Shown: positions 53,923 through 64,000 of the stretch, piece by piece
Position numbering within the stretch: the first letter of the stretch is position 1
How the letters are laid out: each line of letters begins with the position of its first letter
DNA from: Trichoplax adhaerens
Lineage: Eukaryota > Animalia > Placozoa
Direction of reading: 5' to 3'
Length of the DNA: 64,000 nt
Assembly: GCF_000150275.1 (NCBI RefSeq)
Contig: NW_002060958.1
Location: 266,897-330,896 of the forward strand
Made by a program: the position numbers and the translations under genes
Notes under the pieces: generated by a model
The model's input: the letters and a program-made list of their open reading frames with translations, nothing else
What the model was told of the DNA's origin: nothing
The model's database searches: none

Positions 53923-54990
53923 TACCGTGGAAAATCCAACAACCGACAAAATCGTTGGCCAGACTAACGACATACATGACATCTATGTGTGTCCATGTCG
54001 ATGTCTAGACAGTAGATATACACCATAACCACAAGGCTATGGACGATCTTGATGCGATAGAAGCAGTGTGTCATGGACTACTGCCCCCCAACAAGAAAGG
54101 GAGACGTAAAGCGATCGTCGACTATAGTAATGATATGGAGGCCGATTATTTCCGTCCTCATTTCAACTCTATCGCATAACGAACGCACATTGCCCTGGCT
54201 GTCGTTGACATGGAAATGAGCTGCCAATAGGGCTGCCAAGTTGATTTTGCGCAGTATGAAATACGCTGGGATGGGTTGCATAGAGTAGATTGAGGGGAAA
54301 ATGGATAAGCCTCAACATGATTTTGCACTGATGGCTGCTTTGGATCGCTCTTGCTTTCCTTTTAGTGTTAGTCCAAATGATACTGTAGAAAGTTTGCAAG
54401 AGGAGAGATTTGGACATGATACTACGTCTAGACAGTATTTTACAACGCACTAGTTTCAGGCATGACGGTGAAAAATGGATCTAGTAACTGTACAGTGTAC
54501 AGTAGCAGTAGCGATTGCCCTCGCCAGAGGACACTGCAAACTTGGCCACTTTTCACAAATTGGTGCCTACAGTAGAAAGTCCATTTTTCAATTAGCCTCT
54601 TTTGGATAGTTTCATTGAGGGTTTGACCATCGACAGGAACTAGATTGACCATCACAGCTTTCGATCATGTTCATTTCTCCAAGCTCTTTTTGATCCCTGC
54701 CATCAGTCCCCGTCAAGAAGGACGAGGACTTGTTCCAGTAGTCGGTCCACGCAGTGCAAACTGCATTTCCATAGGAAACACTGTACTCGGCGGTACTGTA
54801 TAGAACAGACTACTCGTCGAGTCACTTGTAGCCACTTGCACGTTCTACGGTAACTCGATGGCATCCAGTCCGAACTCCGTACGTCCGAGTATACAGTGCC
54901 AAGCCAAGAGTCGATATCTACTGGACGGATGACATTGACTGACCAGTGTCTAGGAGCACGACATAGGCCTGAGACAAGGCAGAAAGCGCA

Positions 54991-57900
54991 ATGACGGAGA
55001 CGAAGAAAAGCAAAACGGTTTGTCATCTGTCCAGTAAAACTGGTAAGTTGGAGTTGATTATTAATGGCTATGGCACTCATTCCATGTTGCAATGACAGAT
55101 GTGTTATTCTAGTTTATCTTGATGTAAGATAGTGGGGTGAATGGATGATTAAACGGGTATAAAAAAGGGATTGAATAATGACTGTAAGTTGGGATCTTAT
55201 ACTGGGTCAAATGGCATACGCACTGTACTGTATGGACGAGTATATTGGATGTGGTGTTGCTAGTTTTACATTCTGAAAGAATCTCTCTACCATTTGCAGT
55301 GGAAATGGAATCTGTTTTTTTGTCACAAAGACAGTTATCACCCCAACACTGGATAACATACTTTCTCCCAATCAATCGCTGAATCATGCAAGTAGGACTC
55401 GTCATAGTAGGGGCGAAATACATGCGTTACGCTGGACTACTGTATATAGACCAACAGCAAACTTGTCACCGTAATGGTGAAGGATGCTTTTATTCTTAAG
55501 CCTAGTTTAGAAGGATGAATGGCAGCGCTTACACAAACTTTATGCCCTATTAATGCTATTGAAGCCGCCGCATTAACCCATTGAATGATGACTATATGTT
55601 GAATTTCCTGATCGATTTCCTAATAGTACAGTTGATGAAGTAAATAGGAGACGGCATCTTTGTCTTCGTATCGACACGCAATAGGCATAGCAATCGAGTA
55701 GACTGTAAATCGTCCAATCTGCCAGGTCTGCGTATGGATTGCGGTGAATTTTGACCAAGATTGGCTAGTTAGTAAATACTACATGGGTAATCATGTCTTA
55801 TACTGTTCAGACTGGAAGAAATGGATAACTTACTGATTACTCCTTGTCTCTCTTGCTGTTCTGTAATCACGATAATGTCCTATTTTGGGCTACACTTTAG
55901 CATGCTGATAGAGAACCCAGTGCGCTGCACGGTCTTCATGACATAGATGTAGTGTATTCCAAAAATGGGTGCTCGTAACACAAGCTAATTGGATGTCAAT
56001 TTGAATTATTAACAGGCAAATTATGCCGCTATCCGCATCGACAATGTTTAAGAAAACCAATTACTGGGTATTCCTACTGTGTTCGCCATATCTTACGTGA
56101 TAAAAACAGCCCTTATGTGCAATGTAGCTATGTTGGAAAAGTTGGCAAAAACTCTGGTAAACAGTGCTTTTTCGCAGCTCTGAAGAATCCACAACACAAA
56201 AGGTAAATTGTGCATGTAGTATGTCACTAGATATACCCTGTCAAGTCGGAAAGCGTAGCAATATAGCATTGTAGATTATAACTTTGCTTTGCGATAATAT
56301 TCTGCTATATTTCATACCTGTTCAAAACATGGATAACATCCATAGACAGTGCATGAAGGATGACAACCCAATATCATTATTTTAAAATAGACTGTAAAGT
56401 AGTTCTCAATCATTATCTTCAAAATATTGAAAAGTTAAATATGTTTCCAATGTTAGCAAAGTGATAGGACGTCTAGCCAGTTCAGTGTATAGAAATAATA
56501 TAATATGATGAGATAACTTCAATAGTACTCTATTCTTCATAAAGTACAGTAAGCATTTAGCCTCCTGTCATAATAAATTAATTTGCAGTGAAATCATTAA
56601 TCATGTGCTTAACTGGTTATAGCCAACTATGCAAATTTCATCATCAACAACAACAACGTAAGCAAACCAAGAAACTACCATGTAAAGGCAAAAAGAAAAA
56701 AATTGCCATTGGTGAAATGATACTAAATCACTTACAGAGTTGTTATGATCCAACTACCTCTACCAATGCTAACAATAAAAGTAACAAGAAACGAAACAAA
56801 AATCCAACTCCGTTAACTCCATCCAATAAACGAAACGATTCGCAATCTCAATTCTCTGATGGTTAGTGTTATGATAACTATCAAATTTCGCAAGCCGTAC
56901 TGTATCATCTTTTAAAATATATTAATACGCCTATCATTACCTACCTTAATGCTCATCATTCTTTGACTATTTCTAGTTATCGTTAATGTAGCTTAAATTT
57001 AAAACGTGTAAGATTCTAAGGTGTTATTACACCTGACCTCTTAAACAGTACAAGCATTAGCAGAATACGATAAATGTACGAATGATGGTTAGTGTTCAAT
57101 AGAAGTTCTATTGCAATTAAAGTTAAACATATTTTTATTAAAGATGAGATTGTTATAAACAATGATAACGAAGCCAGTAGCACATTTGCAAAATTACCTG
57201 TTGAAGATGTCTGGCGAGGAGATGCTGATAGCGAAGCGGAATCTGACGGCATGGATGAAGACTTTCAGTTATTAAAGTAACGATTGCTTTTTTCATTAGT
57301 TTCTGTCAACTGTCATGGTGACCATGAATAGCTTACCAAAGACATGTTTTAAGGGTTTGTTACCAGCCACTTTGCACTCATTTACTTCTTGTCATTACAG
57401 GAATGCCAATGTCTACACTGAAAAGGAAGCTTGTAAAATTTATTGTCAAAAATTATCAAAGTTAAAAGAATTATATAATGATCAGTTGGATTGGATGCAA
57501 TCCCTTTTACGAAAAAAAAGGAAACAGTATTTGGCGTCTGTCAAAGGAGTCGAAGATTTAACAGGTTCATTTATGATTTCATTTTCTCAGAAATGAATAA
57601 AAATAAATTGATGATAGCTTTCGGATTTCGCGATTTGGGAGCACGTACGACAATTATCTTAACATGACTAAAACGCGTTTTCATTTAGGCGTCAAGAGTG
57701 AAGGAGAGACGATTCGTTCTTACGCTACTGCGGCTTATCGACGTTATCAAACAAAGTTTGGTAAAGAAGCTCTCTTGTTGAAGCATACAAAAGAAAAGGA
57801 TGGAAAAGTTACGAGCTATAAGGGATTAACCCAACGATGCATTTACAACAAGAATGGAGTTAAATGTTCGAGAAGGTGCTTACCATTGACCAAATACTGT

Positions 57901-58182
57901 TCCAGACATATCTGCTTCGATTCTGAACAAGTCTTGTTTCGGAAATGCTCATTTATTGGCAGTAATCAACATTCTTGCTCGTATTCTGTTAGTTTAATCA
58001 GTGATATCTCTACTTGCCCGTTACATACACAACCGAAAATTGAAGATAAGGGAAATCAGTCAGTCGACGGTGATGTAACTTCAACAAATAACACCCTGGG
58101 TAATAACATAAATACAGTTCATAGTATTAGCAATGTCAACAACGATAATGAGCAGGATGAAATTGTGGTGGATGACATTTAA
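54991..58182 (+). CDS. KANSL2: KAT8 regulatory NSL complex subunit 2 (zf-C3Hc3H protein)
   Basis: Putative exon 1 at 54991-55042 (MTETKK..., GTAAGT donor, phase 1). Exon 2 from 56016 reads CRYPHRQC...YCVRHILRDKNSPYVQCSY. Later exons give VWRGDADSEAES...LK|NANVYT...LYNDQL...LLRKKRKQYL and RRY...GKEALL...C...CLPLTKYCSRHICFDSEQVLF...CPLH. The start exon is less certain than the rest. Confidence 0.9.
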
Positions 58183-59287
58183 TTGGTTGCTCATGCTAAT
58201 GTACTTATTGCTGATCTTTGTAAAGTGATTTCGTTAAGGAAGGCATTTTCTTCATGTTCATCTGTCAATTTGTATTATATATGATGCGTCGCTCTAAAAG
58301 CAGACTATGAATTAGGGAATTTGCAGTGACTTGCAACAGTGGATACGTGTTACTAATGCCATTCCTAATGTCAATTAAGAAACAGTTATCAATGATCACA
58401 GCCTCTAATGTTCTTGGTAAAATCGAAATAGGATCATTGGTTACTGCAATTATTTTATTTTGTATATATCCTGCTGCAGTGTATGAAATGTAAACTAACT
58501 GCATTACTGTAGATTTATGCGACCCTACCTGAAAATAGAGACGAATTTTACTACAAATTTTTCTAGTGTATAATAGAAGATGCCAGAAACTTGGCAATTT
58601 TGAAATAACGAGCTTATGTTACACTACTCAGAGTAGTCGACCCATGTTTTCTGATTCAGCTTATTTATTGTCAAATACTTGTTGAAGTACCATTAACATT
58701 AATAAAAATGGCTTTAAGTAAGCGTACTGTGAATTGTCCGTATTTTTCATAGAGATCAGTTATACATCGCTATACATGATTTAGTGTACGTGGCATTCTT
58801 CGAAAAGTTCGCCTTACCTAACATAAAATTATCAATCGTAATTCTGGTACATTATTGATGTAAAATAGCATAGAAAATACATTTATTGCAATGTTTATAT
58901 AATTAGTGATGGGCTAATGCTGTAATAAAATCACGTCAGATTATATTTAATTAACGAAGGCGATTAGCTTTATCATCTATGTAAATCATAGAAGAATGTT
59001 AAGTCAGAATTTTCATAATAATTCTGGCTGTAACTGTAATACCAATATAAGAGTGAACGTTAAACAGCTTTTTATTTAATAATTAATTAATGAATTATAA
59101 TTAGTTTACAGTAGCGCTAAATTAAAATCTTTCCTATTTATCAACTGTACACTTATAAATACGTTAATTTAAAACTTCCGTTACATTTATGCATTTGATA
59201 ATGTCCTTTCACATTTCAGATAATATCCTAATCACAACCTCTGCAGTAGAAATAGATATAAGCGCATATCAACCCCCAATTATCAGT

Positions 59288-62885
<3,598 letters not shown>

Positions 62886-62935
62886 NNNNNNNNNNNNNNN
62901 NNNNNNNNNNNNNNNNNNNNNNNNNNNNNNNNNNN
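62886..62935. other. Assembly gap (50 N)
   Basis: Run of N. Confidence 1.
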
Positions 62936-64000
62936 CGGCGTTGCTATAGTACAGTACTGTAGCATGGCTATTTCTCCATCTATACTCCATTGTATGAGGA
63001 AAGCTTTGGAGCAGTTGCAGCATCCTGCTCGCTTGCATTTCCATTTCTACACGAGGGTTTAAACAGTAAAATTCACTATTCCTAGGTGATTATTTTATTC
63101 AATAACGTTGATGATGGGATGATCCTGATTGCTTACAACTTATTCACTAGCACTATCTTGACTAAGATACATCGATTATGCCGATGCGAAGCAGATTAAA
63201 AAATTTCTAAATGCGGCAGCCAACTTACCCTCTCGGAACCGTCCTAGCTTATGGCAGTTGTGGCAAGGAAAGAATTGCCTTGGATTCTAGGCCTGCGCAT
63301 AAAGGTTTGTCCACGCCGGTCGCGTGAACAAGACAAGTGCCTCTAGAAAGGCCTCCACAGTACACTCTAGGCCTACAGTCGTAGACCGTACTGTACACTG
63401 TACACTACTGTAGTAGTCCATCTCTCCTAGTTGCTGTACTGTACTGTACAGTGTACAGTCATAAATCACTGAATATTACAGTACACTACACAGTACAGTA
63501 CTGTAGCGATGGCAGCGGTACAAATCGGCTTCACTTGGATGGGGACGAGACTTTGACTGGCTAGAAGGTGTCATTTCATGCAGTGTACAATACTCACTAC
63601 AGTGTACAGTGTACAGTGTACAGTCATGAATCACTGAATACATTCTTAGAGTACTGTAGCTTTGGCAGCAGTACAAATCGACTGCCAATCGCTGCACTTG
63701 GATTGGAGAATAGACTTTGACTGGGCGGAAGGTGTCATTTCATACAGTGTATAGTACTCCACTACAGTGTACAGTGTACAGTCGTGAATCATTGACTATT
63801 TTTAGAGTACTGTAGCTTTGGCTGCAGTACTGTATAAATCGAGTGCCAATTGCTTCACTTGGATTGGAGAATAGACTTTGACTAGGTGGAAGGTGTCGTT
63901 TCATACAGTGTATAGCACTCCACTACAGTGTACAGTGTACAGTCGTGAATCACCGACCATTCTTAGAGTACTGTAGCTTTGGCTGCATTACAAATTGACT
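62936..64000 (+). repeat. Near-identical second copy of 52343-53426 (NACA promoter/first exon + satellite)
   Basis: CGGCGTTGCTATAGTACAG... aligns colinearly to 52343 onward, with scattered substitutions and small indels in the GTAC tracts. Confidence 0.97.

Noticed and set aside
54078-55758. Cluster of minus-strand ORFs (67-129 aa) and the 58265-58597 ORF
   Set aside because: No recognisable domains or consistent splice structure. They overlap the KANSL2 promoter, first intron or 3' region and are expected by chance.
55043-56620. Intronic H/ACA snoRNAs, as hosted by vertebrate KANSL2
   Set aside because: No recognisable similarity or convincing hairpin-H-hairpin-ACA layout by eye. An Infernal/Rfam scan would be needed.

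Overview
This is AT-rich eukaryotic genomic DNA with compact multi-exon genes and mostly 70-300 nt GT-AG introns. The genes are animal-type. Composition and gene architecture point to an early-branching metazoan, most likely the placozoan Trichoplax (inference, not verified). I spliced ten protein-coding genes by hand: DBNL/Abp1 (+), RAB11FIP3/4-like (-), CDK11 (+), OS9 (-), a Lifeguard/TMBIM (-), a secreted protein with a fibrinogen/intelectin-like N-terminus (-), uridine phosphorylase (+), NACA (-), KANSL2 (+) and YME1L (-, 5' end cut by a 50-N gap). Non-coding highlights: (1) GTAC/TACAGT palindromic motif clusters and unrelated tandem arrays sit at the 5' ends of the housekeeping genes; (2) a ~1.1 kb minisatellite-filled element is flanked by a 9-bp direct repeat; (3) NACA has a TCT/5'TOP first exon; (4) a near-identical copy of the NACA promoter block follows the gap; (5) a ~10 kb gene-poor stretch holds an orphan promoter-like island. 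Protein-level oddities are an Asp-to-Asn change in the TMBIM di-aspartate sensor, expanded helical repeats in DBNL, and a fungal/plant-type N-terminal domain in YME1L. I saw no CRISPR arrays, tRNAs, rRNAs or prokaryotic systems. I cannot demonstrate a new biological system here. The promoter motif/repeat pattern is the best candidate.
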